Shown: positions 26,704 through 39,830 of the stretch, piece after piece | How positions within the stretch are numbered: position 1 is the first letter of the stretch | How the letters are laid out: each line of letters opens with the position of its first letter | Assembly: GCA_965112155.1 (NCBI GenBank) | Contig: OZ218103.1 | DNA: 64,000 nucleotides | Reading direction: 5' to 3' (one strand) | Source of the DNA: Podarcis liolepis | Taxonomy: Eukaryota | Notes under the pieces: model-generated | Seen by the model: only the letters and a program-made list of their open reading frames with translations | Databases searched by the model: none | Told to the model about the DNA's origin: nothing | Translations under genes and position numbers: made by a program

Positions 26704-29439
26704 TTGCCAGGTCACAAGACTGAGCTAAAAGATGTCTCCCCTTACTCTGTCCTGCCACGCCACATCCCTTTTTGAGGAGTTCCACCAGTTTAAGACCCCC
26801 TGGCTGAGCCAGTATAACCCAGCTCAAACACACTGAGTGACTTAACATTGGCATATCCCTGGCTGAGCTGGGATGAGGCAGTCACTCCAGCTCAGCCCAA
26901 ACTCACTCCTTTGTGCATATCTGGGGTCTGGACTGCACTATAATATTACTCTTCCTCCAATATGCAGGGGACCTAAGCACCTTAGGTGAGATAATCAAAT
27001 CTTGCCCTTCCCGTTTTAGACTGAAAGCACTTTTCTTTATAACACTGTATTCCTAATGTGTTGTGTTGTTTCTGTTGAAAGCATGGAAGAGGGTACAGCT
27101 ACCAGAGTACAGTAGTAAGGAATTAATAAGGAATATTATTTAGGTAAATATATGAAACAAATGCTGATTTTGTATGTAATGGATCAATGCAAAATTTATT
27201 TTTCTTTTAAAATAAAAATGAATAAAAAGAACATTTTTTAAGAAATGTTTGAAATACTGCATTAAGTGATTTTTGGTGTTCTGACATCCCACTTAACCTG
27301 GGCAATGTAGAGAAAGAGGACTGGAGTCAGCTTTTCATTCAACCTGGTCTTCCTATAGCATATAGTGTCTGATTAGTGATTAATTCTTAATGAATGATTC
27401 AAGGGAGCAATACTCCCCATAAATGGAAGGGGCTGGAGAAATGGGTTCTTTTCAAGCACAGTGCCCTTACTTAACATATTAATATTTTTTAAACTAGATT
27501 CGGCCACTTTCTCAGCAACCTATACTCATGCCGTGTAGCACAATAACGTCGCCTAAAATTTGTCACATGAAATATAGGCAGAACTGAAGCAAGCATAATC
27601 TGGTTTACAGGAATACTCTCCAGTCCTATTTGGGTGACAGAAATGCCACCAAGTTAGCACTGTCATTCGGCTATCGGTTTGGAAGGAAAATTTCAAAGGT
27701 TGTGATGTATCATGAGAAGACAACCAAAGTGCCTCTTACTAGATGTGAAGATATGACACATAATACAAGTTGCTGTTGCAGCGGGCAGCATTTTTTTCAC
27801 AACAATAACAATTCATCAACTGCTCCTGCAGAGTCATTAAATCCCATACAAAGGAAAGGGAACCCCTACATTCCTAAAGTCACAGCTAATTGTGTCAACA
27901 CAGTCAAGAAATAATGATAATAAAAGGGGAGAAGGAAGCTTCCAGCTAAACTTCTGCTTTGGTGAACTATTTGCCCTAAATACCTATCTCTGCACTGGTT
28001 TTAGGAGAGTAGCTGTGGTAATCTGTTGCCAGAAACAAACAATTCTTTTCTCCTTAACAACACTGATTGTGACATGAACCTCTGTAGACAAGCATCTACT
28101 ACCATCACATGTGGTATGGGAACAGGCATACCATCACATTTGCTGTAATTTAGCAAGGAAGCTTTAGGGCTCAGCCAGAAACAAAAAGCTTTGTTCTCTC
28201 CCTGATTTTTGAGTTTACTGTATTCATACATGCATATAATATTGTTGGCTCTATGGCAGCCATGTGTCTTATTTTACAGAGAACTGTCCTCTATTTGAAG
28301 GTGTCCTCTATTCAAAGGGCTGACTGGTCCTAATCTGGTTTAAAGATAAAGAACCATCAGGAAGCAGAGCAGGAGCCTTAAAGCTGCTCATCAAGAGTTA
28401 ATAGACACCTAGAAAGCAGAAGAAACAGAGGCCATCTGATTGCAGTCTTCTGCACCATGATAAAATGTACTTCTGTGCAGGTATGCATTTCATGCTAATC
28501 CATGTCCTCTTTGAGGGGGCAATACATTTATTGCTTATTATTTTTATTTTGGGGGCGACGTGCAAATAGCCATCCTAGTTGGAGCTGTGCATGAAACATA
28601 CACAACACACCATTGCCACCATTTTTAATGTGGTGGTAGTGGCCTCTGAAACCCTGAAGAGCCTGAAACAAACAAATTTAAAGAACAGCCTTTGCCTCTA
28701 ACTGCAACGAATGGGGACAAGAAAGAGGCCCTTTTCAGCAGGTGTGCCAAAGCTACAGAATTAATTCCCAACATGACATCTTCTAACTCCTTCCTTGGTG
28801 CACATGCATTGGCCATGCCCCATATGACATGTGACTGGGATCAATGTGAAGCTGGTTCTACACACAGGAATGCAAGCATGTAACCCCCTGCTCTCAGACT
28901 AATGGTGATCGTGTGTTGCCCAGAGAGCAGAGCTAATGCACACATCAGCATCTAAGTGGAGCTAGCCTATTCCTGCATAAGAGCCCCATCACATGTTCAT
29001 TCTGACCATCTAAAGAAGAGAGCTAAAGTTGGGGAAGGAGGCAATGCATAGTCAATTGATCTAAGGGGCCACTAGCCTTTGGGGGCCTGTGAGCACATTT
29101 CAGATTTTAGGGAAGTGGCCCATCCCCTCCACTGTGCCACTCCACTCCCAGGTAGACAGGAAATATGTACACATCTTTGGGTAAACAGTCAGATCCAGCA
29201 GAATGAAAATGGATCCTGTTCAAGGGGGGGACCCCTCCCCCCCAAAATAATTTCAACTTAAAGCTTATAGTGGTACATATAACACAATTTTTAAAAAGCA
29301 AAAACAGATCTGGTGCTTACCAACACCACAGAAAACAATGATCTAAGACAAGAATCATCAAATGGTTTTTACATAGGATGACAACAAAGCCACCAACATA
29401 TCACAGAACACACTTGTGGACATAGGGCAGACATTCATG

Positions 29440-29770
29440 TACCTGCTTTACTTCTTAAAGCAGCACACAGTTAAGCTATGGAACTCTGTACCACAGGAGG
29501 CAACGAAGGCCACCAACTTAGATGGCTTTAAAAGACAACTGGACATATTTAAGGAGGAGAAAGCTATTGATGACTACTAGCCATGGGGGTTATGCTCTGC
29601 CTCCACACCTGGAGGTAGTAATGCTTCTGAATACCAATTGATGGAGACAAAAGGAGTGGAGACTGCTCTTGTGCTCAGATCCTGCTTGAAGAGTTCCGGT
29701 TGGCCGCTATGGTTGGCCACTATGAGAACAGCAAGGGCTACTGGGATGATCCAGCAGGCTTTACTTATGT
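29440..29770 (+). mobile_element. CR1 LINE 3' fragment
   Basis: gttaagctatggaactc...ggccaccaacttagatggctttaaaaga...ctggaca...ggagaaagctattgatgactactagcc, typical of the CR1 ORF2 end and 3' UTR. Confidence 0.75.
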
Positions 29771-31262
29771 CTGAAGTAGACCAATGTTCCTTTACATCAA
29801 GGGTGGGAAACCTCTGGGCCTATATATCCTGTCCTGCTCTTGAGAATCTCCATTGAACACGTGCCTCTCCCCAAGCGATAGCCCCTCTCTCCAAGGCAAG
29901 TTACAGCTGTCTCTGGGCCCTTCTCCACACACATCTTTGAATGCTTTTACAAGGCCAGAATGCGACCTTGAACTATAATGCCTCTTTCTTGCCTGGATGG
30001 TGTGTACAGAAGCCTCTGACTTTTGCATGGCTGGAATATAGCTTACCATACAAAGGTAAAAGTCACATCTCCTGTGTTGCCCACTTTTGCCTCTGGCCCC
30101 AAACACCACTTGCACAGAGCCCTTCAGAGGTAGCCCATAAGAGAACACAACATTAGGGCAGGCTAACTTCTGTTTTACAGTAACAATATTTTGGCAAGAT
30201 TAAGTATTAGAGAAATTTTATTAGAGAAATACTAGAGAATTTAGTTCACACAGAAAATAAGCTGCTGAGAGTTAGTGTTGTACTGTGACTGATAAAAATG
30301 CCTTTTTTAAAATTAAAAAAGTGCGGTTATTGGTTTTTTTTAATGTGAGGTTCCACACAGCTGCAGTTCATCTAAGTTTACCCCAAGAGCTCCCCTACAA
30401 AAACTGGGACAAATAGTGAACCAGAAAAGCACTTGCAGTAACCAGGGAGAAGCAGAACCAGCCATTTGTTTAATCTCAGTTGAACCTCCTGACTTCCTAC
30501 ACCAAACTGCTAAATAGGAGTTTCTCAGCCTCTTACCATAATGCCATCCATCCTTGCTCCAGTTTAGTGTCAGAAACCATATATTCAGACTGCCATTGCC
30601 ATGCCAAGGATGGTGACAATGTTGGCTTTCCTAGCATGCATCTCTTAGACCAAGCCAGACCTGTTCCCTCCAAATACACAAAGCTATAGGTGCAGCACAT
30701 ACTCAGAAAATGCCAGAAAAAGAGATTATAATGAAATACACCATTTACAAAGCTATGCTAAATAAAACAATACTGGATTATTAATCTACCTTAATTTTAT
30801 CCAAGTCTTTGTTTTGCTATTCCCTATATAAAGCAGACACCCATGTCAAAGTGTCATTGAATTACAAATAATGTTTGGCACTCACTGTGAAAATGACTTG
30901 TTACTGATTTACTGTACCCTTTTGCAGGACTATTTCTTAATGGATCATTCCCCCACATCAAGAAAAGCAATGAAATTGAAAGAACATGGCAGTAAGTGGG
31001 AGGAAATCCACCTGTGTGTTTCATTTCCAACATGGCAGGTAGCTGAAAGGGGAATTACAAAGTACAGTATCTTGTACAGTTTAAGCAGAAACACGGGGCA
31101 CAGGATGATCTTGCACTAACACATCTCCCAACTGGATAGCAACTGCAGCGAAGCTATTACATTGGTGGTCATTCCAACCTGCTGTTTAGATTAAATGGGT
31201 CATGTGCTTAGGGACATGACTTGGGTGGCCAGCCCAATGCAAACCACACAATTGGGCAGAAC

Positions 31263-31434
31263 CAGTGCTTTTTTTCTGGGGGGACGGAGGGGGACACATA
31301 CCCCTAAACATTTTGTGAATCTTTGTACTTTTGTCCATTTACTGTATTTTTCCCGATTTGACCTATAACAATGTGATTTCCTTGAGTCAAAATGAGAGTA
31401 CCCCTAACATGTTTTTGGGGGGGGGGGAGCACTG
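31263..31434. mobile_element. hAT-type MITE (CAGTGCT termini)
   Basis: Shares cccctaaacattttgtgaatc and aaatgagagtacccctaa with 37152-37262. Confidence 0.75.
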
Positions 31435-34400
31435 GAACAGAACCAAAACACGAGCAAACTAGGAATCTATGCCTGCTAGCCATAAGAAAGCTGGCCAAGA
31501 TCCTACTTTTTCCAAGCTCCCTGATCTGCCAGTTACGGAGGTGAATTATTAAGTAGAAACCCTTTGGGAATCACATCTCTGACAAAAGCTAAATCCCATA
31601 GCAATCTTTAAAGATAAAGAACGTGAACCAACCAAAGTAAACCACTTTTACATCCAACTGATGTCAGTGGAAGAGTTAAATATGTGTGTAAATCTCATTC
31701 ATTAAAGTCAATGCAACAGAATTGGGTGGGGGAATGAAGTAGTATATTCAGAAATGTCTTATCAGATTTAGAATCTTGACAGTGAAATCCTAGGCATGCC
31801 TACTCAGCAGTAAGTCCCAATGAGTTCAATGTGACTTAGTCCCAAGTAGGTGAAAATAAAGTGCATGTAATCATATGGTAAAATTGTGATGTGTGCTGGA
31901 CATTTATGAACAAATTGTTTAAGTTTTATTCAAAGTACAACTTTAAGTACTAGAGTCAGAGATGTAAGTTTCTGCACCCTAAAGTAACATTTGTCATGTT
32001 GCAAATAGGCAAAAAGAAAATGTTGAAAGTACAAACCATTAGTATTATAGCAACGTTCTATTATTTGAGCTTAGAAATAGTTCATAGACAGTTGTTATCC
32101 AGAAACAGAAGAAAATCATGTTTTAGAGGACAAGTGTAGAATTCATGTCTGTATACTGCAATTAGAATAATTTCACTGATAATTCAGAAAAAGCAAATAT
32201 TTGGCAATTTAAAAAAATCGTATTAGCTGTACACTGGTGGGGAAAGACACTTCCACACTTGAACTATTAGAGGTCTATGCATAGCTGAGATAGTATAGTA
32301 TATATATTTAAAGAATTATCCTACACATAAGACCTATTGTAGTACAATAAATACTAACAAGACAATCTGCTATTATCAGGCAGAGCCTATTACACACTTA
32401 CCTTGGAGTAACTCCCATTGAACTCAATGGGGGTTACTTATGAGTAGACATGTATAGGTTTGCACTGTGAAAATAGCTGTTTAAACAAAGGACATGAAAC
32501 AGAAACAGCAAGAAAGCATTTTGATTGTCCCCCTATTTACAAATGAGTGCTGTAGAAGCCACATCATTAACTCAGCACATTCTTTGTTCAGTCAACGAGA
32601 GATATGGGAATCCTGAGGGGTTTTTTTTAATAATGCGTGACAAAAAAGTCATGTGTTAATCCTAGAAGCTGTAGAACCAAAACACTCAAATCCAAATTTA
32701 AATATGTGCAAACATAGTAATCTATCTAAAAACACATATTAAAATAATACCAAAAGAATAAGATCAAACCCTGATGTGGTCAACTTGCAAAGTAGTGTAC
32801 CAGCACCTGAAAGACCTAGATTCACATCCCACTTTAGGTCACTTACAGAACTCATATACAAATCCTACTGAATTAAATGGGAATTATTCCTAGGTACTTA
32901 TGCATAGGGTGATTGAAGAAGGCTTCAGTCCTAGTTACACATACTTGGAAGTCAATGGAGTTTACACCTATGTCAGGGTTATTATGAGTAAAGTGCAGGG
33001 GACCTTGGAGAAGTCATTAATCCTTACCTTTGCAATCGGTAAAAATGAGAATGATTACCAAATAAGTCCTGAGAACTAGTAAACTATATCTGCAACAATA
33101 TTACACAAAACAGTGATTTAAAGGATTAATAAAGCCTAAAATGACTAAATCATTATGAAACAGCCCTATATGATAAATTGTTATTAAATTATGGACCTCA
33201 GAAAGTTATAAACCTACAGAACTATAATTAAGGCAATTCTGAGTTCATCATTGTTGTTCTTAAATCACATTTAAATACCTGACAAAATTAGAGCTGCAGC
33301 AGGGGAAAGAAGCTTTAAACTTCCTACACTAGCTTGGGATACATTAGTTAAACCCTGATCCAAAAATACAATGTACTGTATATGTGGAGGAGGATTGCAG
33401 CTTGCCAAACAATGCCACATTTTTGCCAGCTCAAAGACTAAGATTAAATATAGGTAGATTTTACTGTCTATTTATAAGGTGTCTGTCTTTACAGCTGTCA
33501 ACACATTTATTCAGAGTATTTAATTCCTTGCAGACATTCTCTGCAATTGTAGAACATCTCTACAAGCAGAAATGAAAATGCATGTTTAATAAAATATAAT
33601 AAAAGTTTAAAATACAGTAAATGTGGACTTCAATCAAAAGCTCAGAACCAAGTTGGTACAACAAGATCAGAACTTCCCTGCTCAGGTAGAACAGGCAATA
33701 ATATCAACAAGCCCAGCGAATTTCTGAAAATTTCCAAACACAATTAACAACTTTCTGATCCTTTAGAATGAGATCTTAACAGTACATTTTAATGTGTTGT
33801 AAATATTAAAACTGACCTCAAATATTATTAGTGCTATAAACAAGTAAGTTTTCTATTAATGTAATAATGGTTTCTTAAGATCCAACAAAAAAAGCAATTT
33901 CCATTGAGTTTTCATTAAAATGTTGAAGTATACATATGTGTCTAGCCATCGTAAGTTGACTTCTGTTCCTAATTAGCCGAATTCACTGCAGGTTCACTTT
34001 GAAGTGAGTTCCATGGGACTTATGTACAAAAAGTAAGGGTGCCCAGAGCAGCAGCCTTGCATACATATGTGTAACTTATTTCACTCATGTTCTTTAAAAG
34101 TCTCACTGATGATAATCATGCTAATGAGTTTGTTTAGAACTAGGATGTCAATCATAAAATTCTACGTTCATTTTACAGTTTATATTTTTGACATTGTTAA
34201 GTGATATGTAGTATTAATACTAAACATGTACCCATTCCCACTTTCTATGAAAAAAGAAAATTAAATATACCTTGATTATTGTTTTTAAAAGCATGCATTC
34301 ATATGCAGAAAGGCAGAAGTGAACATATTTTTTAGAAAATTATTAAAGGTACACTTTTAGTAAGATACTGGGTTTTAGCCTTAACCTAGAAATAAAGATA

Positions 34401-35369
34401 AGTCCCTAGAACTATGAGTACTATGTATATCTTTAAATGTTATGCAGATACATACACACTATACATACATAAGATCCCAGTACCTATGAACAAGCATGGT
34501 ACAAGAGAGCACTGCTTTTTCCTAATTATACTTTTGAAATATGTACAACAAAGTACATATTTCAGATTTGGACTGTATCCTATTTGGACTCAGAACAAGT
34601 TCATGTTAGGAAATTTCCTCAGACAGGAAGTTGGTAAGGAAACTGCCTTATTAACTTAAATTATAATGGAAGATTATCAAAAAAATCACAAAAAATACAC
34701 ACCATGGATGAAGTGAAGCTCTTACAGAAGTACTACGTATCTCTTTGAAACTGGATGTTTTGAAAATCAATTTTAGTGGAAAGGGAATCAGTGGATTTTC
34801 TCATTCCAGATGTCTTTTCCACCCCTACTCCCTTCTTTAACATCTTTCTCTCATATCCATGAGTGAAACAGGTATGGGCCCCTGGAATGTTGGCAAGCCC
34901 CTTTTAATGAAAGCATCTTAGTCCCTGCCCCCTTGCAATTTATTATTAAAAGCTCACAGGGATGGTCAGAATGAATCGGTGAGATCAGGATACAAACCTA
35001 AAAAAAAGACCAAAGACAAAACAAAGACATATGCATATTATCTGAGGTGGTTTTTTCTTTGTGAAGCACAGAGATAAATGCCTTGTTTATAAGTGGAGGA
35101 GCTTTTTTCGTCTTATTTATTCCCCTTGAATACCGAAAACTGGATACAATGGACAAACAGCCTCCAGAGTGTTGTTGTTGTTCCTTGTTATCCCACTGCT
35201 GTTTGAGAGCAGGACTCACGTTTCCAGAGCGAAAATCTCCCCACAAAAGCACGGAAAGCAGAGAAACGGGGAGAAAAGGAACCATTTTTAAAATAATAAT
35301 AATAAAAAGAGCGAGAAAGATTATGATCAGAATATGGCAGTGGTGGATGTGGTGGAATTTGAAATTTAC

Positions 35370-35414
35370 CTGAAAATCAGCCAGTATCATTTCTCTATCC
35401 ATGTTGGACGCCAT
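35370..35414 (-). CDS. FAF1: FAS-associated factor 1, coding exon 1 (MASNMDREMILADFQ)
   Basis: The translation is the recognisable FAF1 N-terminus. ATG at 35414-35412 in context gcaATGG; 45 nt, ending CAG|GTAAAT (phase 0); lies in a CpG island. Confidence 0.98.
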
Positions 35415-36260
35415 TGCAGCCGGTAGTGTCCCCTCCTCCTATCTGAACTGTGCACCTGCAGGTTGCTGCTGGCGAGAACCGGGCTCCAGGGAGTTGGGGC
35501 TGGGGCGGGGGGTGGGGGGACGAGAGAGAAAGGGAGGCTAAGAGCTCATCTAAAACTCCAAACTCAGCCAAACCCCTCGGAGCCTCTCCCCAAATATCTC
35601 CCCTCTCCCAAAATCCACTGTCCCGGCTACTGGGGAGCTCGGGGAAGAAGGACTCCGGACCTGAAGGGTGCAAGGCAGCAGTCAGCCCTGCCTTCAAAGA
35701 AGGAGAGGAGACTCCGGAGCAGCTTCCTCCCTGCCTTGCAAGCGGCTGTCGCACATTTTGCCTGTCATTGAGGTCGCAAAGAGACGCTTTCCGGCCGCCA
35801 CGTGACTCGTCCTTCTGTCAAATGCTCGCAAGTGGCCGGGCCGGGAGGGGGCGGGGAGGCCGGGAACGGGTTGTGTAAGGAGCGGCAGAATGAGCATTGC
35901 AAGGAGCAGCAGGGCAGATTGCACCGGGGGCGCCCCGAGGAGCTGGCCTAAAATGGTGCAGGGAAAGAAAGGAAAGGCTGGCGCGGGCGGGTTTCTCCCT
36001 CCGCTGCCTCTTCCTCCTGCTTCCTTGCAGAAGGGAAGGGGGCGGCGGAGGAGCTGCAAAGGTGGGCTCGGCAAAGAGCTGCTGCTGGTGGAACTGCAGG
36101 CGCAGGAGAGGAGGGTTTTGTGGTGCGCTTTCAGAGGCGCTGTCGTAAATTCACGTGCTCTGTGTCCTGTGCCACGGGGTTACTGTAGTGTAGGCCTTCT
36201 CCAGCAGAGAGAACGACGAAGACTCTATATCCGGAAATGCAAGAGAAACTCCCAACAACT
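35400..36260. promoter_or_regulatory. CpG island / FAF1 promoter and 5' UTR, potentially bidirectional
   Basis: Abrupt GC and CpG rise; CACGTGAC E-box at 35799-35806; GC box at about 35847-35856; second CACGTG at 36152-36157; ETS-like CCGGAA at 36231. Confidence 0.85.
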
Positions 36261-37151
36261 CAAGCCTATATGCGATTTTCTAGGAAGTAAGTAAAGGCTG
36301 CATTCCTGATCCCAAGGAGCACCGTTACTCCAGAAGTTAGTAGGACTTCTAAGTAAAATTCAGTGGGGATTATTTCCAAGTAGGAAAGGTTGCAGCTTTG
36401 GGGAACGAGGGGGCGTTTTATTCTTTTTGCTAAATGTGTAGAGAGCGCTTTATAGATTGTGGCTCTCAGGGTGGCTTCAGAGGCCACGTCTTAACTAGAA
36501 GCTGTAAGGATTGGCACTTCTTTTTGATACAGAGTTTCTGTGCCTAGCCTGCATGGTGGACATGAATTCCATGGGTCATGCTTTTCCCTGGCAATGCAAG
36601 CTGATGGGAACTTTACCTGTTGAATTTTTGCATGTTGTGCAGCTTACAAAGGAGCAACAGCCCATTCCTGAAAAAAGGTGGCAACTCAAGGTGAACGTGT
36701 GAATTTAGCTGTACCAATCACTACCAAACATCTAGCCACACCAATCTCTTGGTGTCTTCCAACAGGGGTGGATAACCACACCCATCTGTATCTTATGGAC
36801 GGATCAACATGTATTGCATATTATTGAATGAGTGTCAGATCTAAATTAATATTGAGACATCCACGGGATTACCTGCAGTGACTGTAAAGCACTAACACAA
36901 ACTGCAGTGAGTCATTCTCATAAAGTGGCTGTATCTAGAATTTATATATATATATTCCTACTTCCAGCACTGTTTTTCTGGCCAGAACCAGAGTTAAAGA
37001 ACATACAACATCTTAAGTTTTGATCTGGCTGAATCTGAGGCCCTTCATGTGTCCCTTCCACACAAGGTCTGGAAGGCTGCAACATAAGAACAGGCCTTTT
37101 CAGTGGTGGATCTCCACTTGTGGAATGCTCTCCCCAACAATTGCCAGGCAT

Positions 37152-37262
37152 CAGTGCTTTTTTCTGGGGACACGCATGCCCCTAAACATTTTGTGAATCT
37201 TAAGTTTCACTTAGGAAAATGAGAGTACCCCTAAACATTTTTTTAGGGGGGAGGGAGCACTG
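37152..37262. mobile_element. hAT-type MITE inserted in an L2 3' fragment (about 37030-37320)
   Basis: TIR CAGTGCT / AGCACTG; TSD ccaggcat / tctggcat (6 of 8 match). Confidence 0.78.
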
Positions 37263-38960
37263 TCTGGCATCATTAGGTACCAGGCAAAAACATACCTTTT
37301 TCATCAGGCCTTTAGCTTTTATTTATCTGTGGCCTTTTTGCACAGGTGCGTTGTTTTTATCTAGCTTTTTAAAAATAAAATTGTCTTTCCAATTTTCTAA
37401 ACTGCTGCTTTTAATGTGTGTGTGTGTGTTTTGCTTAAAATATTGTAAATTGCTTTGATTTGCTATGGCAAGACACTAAAAATAAATAAATGACTACTAA
37501 ATTCCTGATATTCCCCAATTCAGGAGTGTGCCTTGGGTCGTTACAGTATTTGTTTTTTGATAGCTACACTATCACACTACTACTGTGACAGTTCTCAAGG
37601 TGACTCAGTATAACCTAGCTTTAAGTTAGACTTTAATAGTGGTGACTGAAAAAGGAGGAACAATGAAGTACTTAATCTGAACCAAGCCCACAACCTATTT
37701 TCAATACCAGATCTCATGCCTGGAATGTATAAAGGAATGTATAAAGTGCCTTGGTGTGCATTGTGCTACTAATACCAGTACCCAGACATAGAAATTATAG
37801 GCAGGTTTAGTCAGAGTTAAGTCACACTGATGCTTGGAGCCATAGGCCCACTGCACTACAGTGGTTCTGGGGGAATTTAGTTACAAAAATCAAAACCTGT
37901 TGATTCTGTGACACTTACTTTTATCTAAGTGTGCTAACATAGCTTTGCACTGCAGTCCTAAATGAATTAATGTGGAAGTAGATTTCTTTGATATATTTAA
38001 GTTTAAACAATTGTGGATTTCATTAATTTATTGTGCCCAAAGTCTTCCTAATATTCCTGATATGGATGGTGCTCCTGTCAAGGCTCTTGTCCCACTGTTG
38101 AATGCTAAGATGCATAGAGTCATTGACACAGTCACTCCTGATTGCCCTCAGTGTTGCTGTAGAGAGCACATAGAGTGCCTTGGTATTCTAGTGACCTGCA
38201 TGTGATGAAAGAGGAGCGTTGGTGGCTAGAGCACAAGTGGCATAAGACTCAGTCTGAATCTGACTGGAAACAGATGAGACTACACCATCATGCCTACTTC
38301 AGAGTTTACTTCTCTGCCATCAGTACATCTGCAAGTAGCCATCCAGCAGAGCTTTTCCAAGTGGTGAATTTTGCTAGTTTGCCTCACTGAAAAAGTGGGA
38401 CATATATGCATGAGTATGCCAGTTTATACACTATTTCAGATTATACTACCCATTTTCCAATTGTTGCTCCTTTAATTTCATTGCTAAACAACAGCTCACC
38501 TTTTGGATGGTGATGAAAGCATCTTATTATTTCACATCTATTTCCTGACAGCTTTCAGTGAGACCTGGATTTACCTGCCTAGCGAGCTGAACCTGTCAAA
38601 CATAACAAAGTCACAGTCTCCATGTTTTGTTTACATGGTTATTATATTCATGTATGCACTGTTAAGATATAACTAGGATTAAGCAAAGAGTTACTAGAGC
38701 AAACAGGAAAATCTTTGTGCTTGGTTTGCTTGACATCTAAATAACGTATCTCTTTCTGATAATTTATCTAGACATTTGGAGTCCTGGGGGAAGAAGCAAA
38801 TATGAGATATCAGATGCACACACTTTCTTGTGAGTAAGACAGGCTTGGGCACAAACACACTTTTCTGGGATCAAATCCTATTGAACTCAATGGGATTTGC
38901 TTCTGTGTAAGATTGCAGTGCCATGGGAAGGGTCATGTTTCAGTAAAGGAGTACATACTT

Positions 38961-39320
38961 TTTGAGTTAGTTATTAAATTTATATCCTGCTTTTCCTCTC
39001 AAAGGAGTCCAGGGCAGCAAACATCAGTGTAAAAACAATATAATTAAAAATAAAACAGCAACATTTTTTTTAAAAAAAAAAAACCTTTTAACAGTCGCAT
39101 ACTTTCACAGCAATAGTTTCAAGGCCGCCAGAAACAGAAACTTTCAGCCATCAAATGCTAGGGAAAACAGGAATGTTTTCAAATTCCTCCTGAAAGTTAA
39201 TGAAGGCCACACCTCACTAGGGAGGGCATTCCAGAAACAGAGAACCACCACTGAGAAGGCCCTGTCACAGGGCAACACCAACTGGACAACACCCAGTAGC
39301 AGCAGCGCCAATAGGGCCTT
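38961..39320 (-). mobile_element. L2 3' fragment with tail
   Basis: Minus-strand RAFSVVVLCFWNALPSEV...TFRRNLKTFLFSLAF, the L2 ORF2 C-terminus. Confidence 0.8.
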
Positions 39321-39337
39321 GCGTGCAAAAGGTCCCA

Positions 39338-39427
39338 CATAGCTGTCAACGTTTCCCTTTTTTAAAGGGAAATTCCCTTATTCTGAATAGGATTCCTCAC
39401 AAGAAAAGGGAAAAGTTGACAGCTATG
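39338..39427. mobile_element. hAT MITE, inverted copy of 26614-26703
   Basis: TIR CATAGCTGTCAAC / GTTGACAGCTATG; flanking duplication of tcccacat that overlaps the left end. Confidence 0.9.
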
Positions 39428-39639
39428 TCCCACATTCAATCCCCAGAATCCTCAGGTAGGGCTGGGAGAGATCCCTCTCTGAAACCCTGGAGAACCATTG
39501 CCAATCAGCACAGACAATATTGTGCTAGATGGACCAATTGTCCAATGCAATATAAGGCATTTTCCTATGTTCTACTGTAATTTATCTTCCTGCTCTGCTT
39601 CAGAGTGCCACAGACATGAAGTCCAAGCATAGGGGCATC

Positions 39640-39830
39640 TTTCTTCTTCTTCTTTGGCGATCACTCGTAGCCGAGTAAGATTGTCTTCCATAGACATGGT
39701 TTTAACAATGAGTCCGTAAGTGACTGTGGAGGCCAATTCTGGACCCACACGTCCTTCCACAGTGGGGACATTGGTTTCTGGGCAGGAGTTGATCACAGTG
39801 TGGGTTTGCCAAGCGTGCCTTCCTCTTAGG
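39640..39830 (-). mobile_element. 5'-truncated RTE LINE 3' end with a (GAA)n tail
   Basis: Minus-strand translation KRKARLANPHCDQLLPRNQCPHCGRTCGSRIGLHSHLRTHC* (C2H2 finger), then a short UTR and a GAA tail. Confidence 0.85.

Larger units (their letters stand above)
38924..39572 (+). mobile_element. Squam2-like tRNA SINE interrupted by an L2 3' fragment and a hAT MITE
   Basis: Head gggaagggtcatgtttcagt... at about 38924-38960. It resumes at gcgtgcaaaaggtccca (39321) and again after 39428 (ttcaatcccc...gggctgggagaga...gaaaccctggaga...agatggacca...ttcctatgttct). Confidence 0.75.

Noticed and set aside
34998-35369. 138-aa FAF1 read-through isoform
   Set aside because: This is intron 1 sequence past a canonical donor; it is low-complexity and has no independent support.
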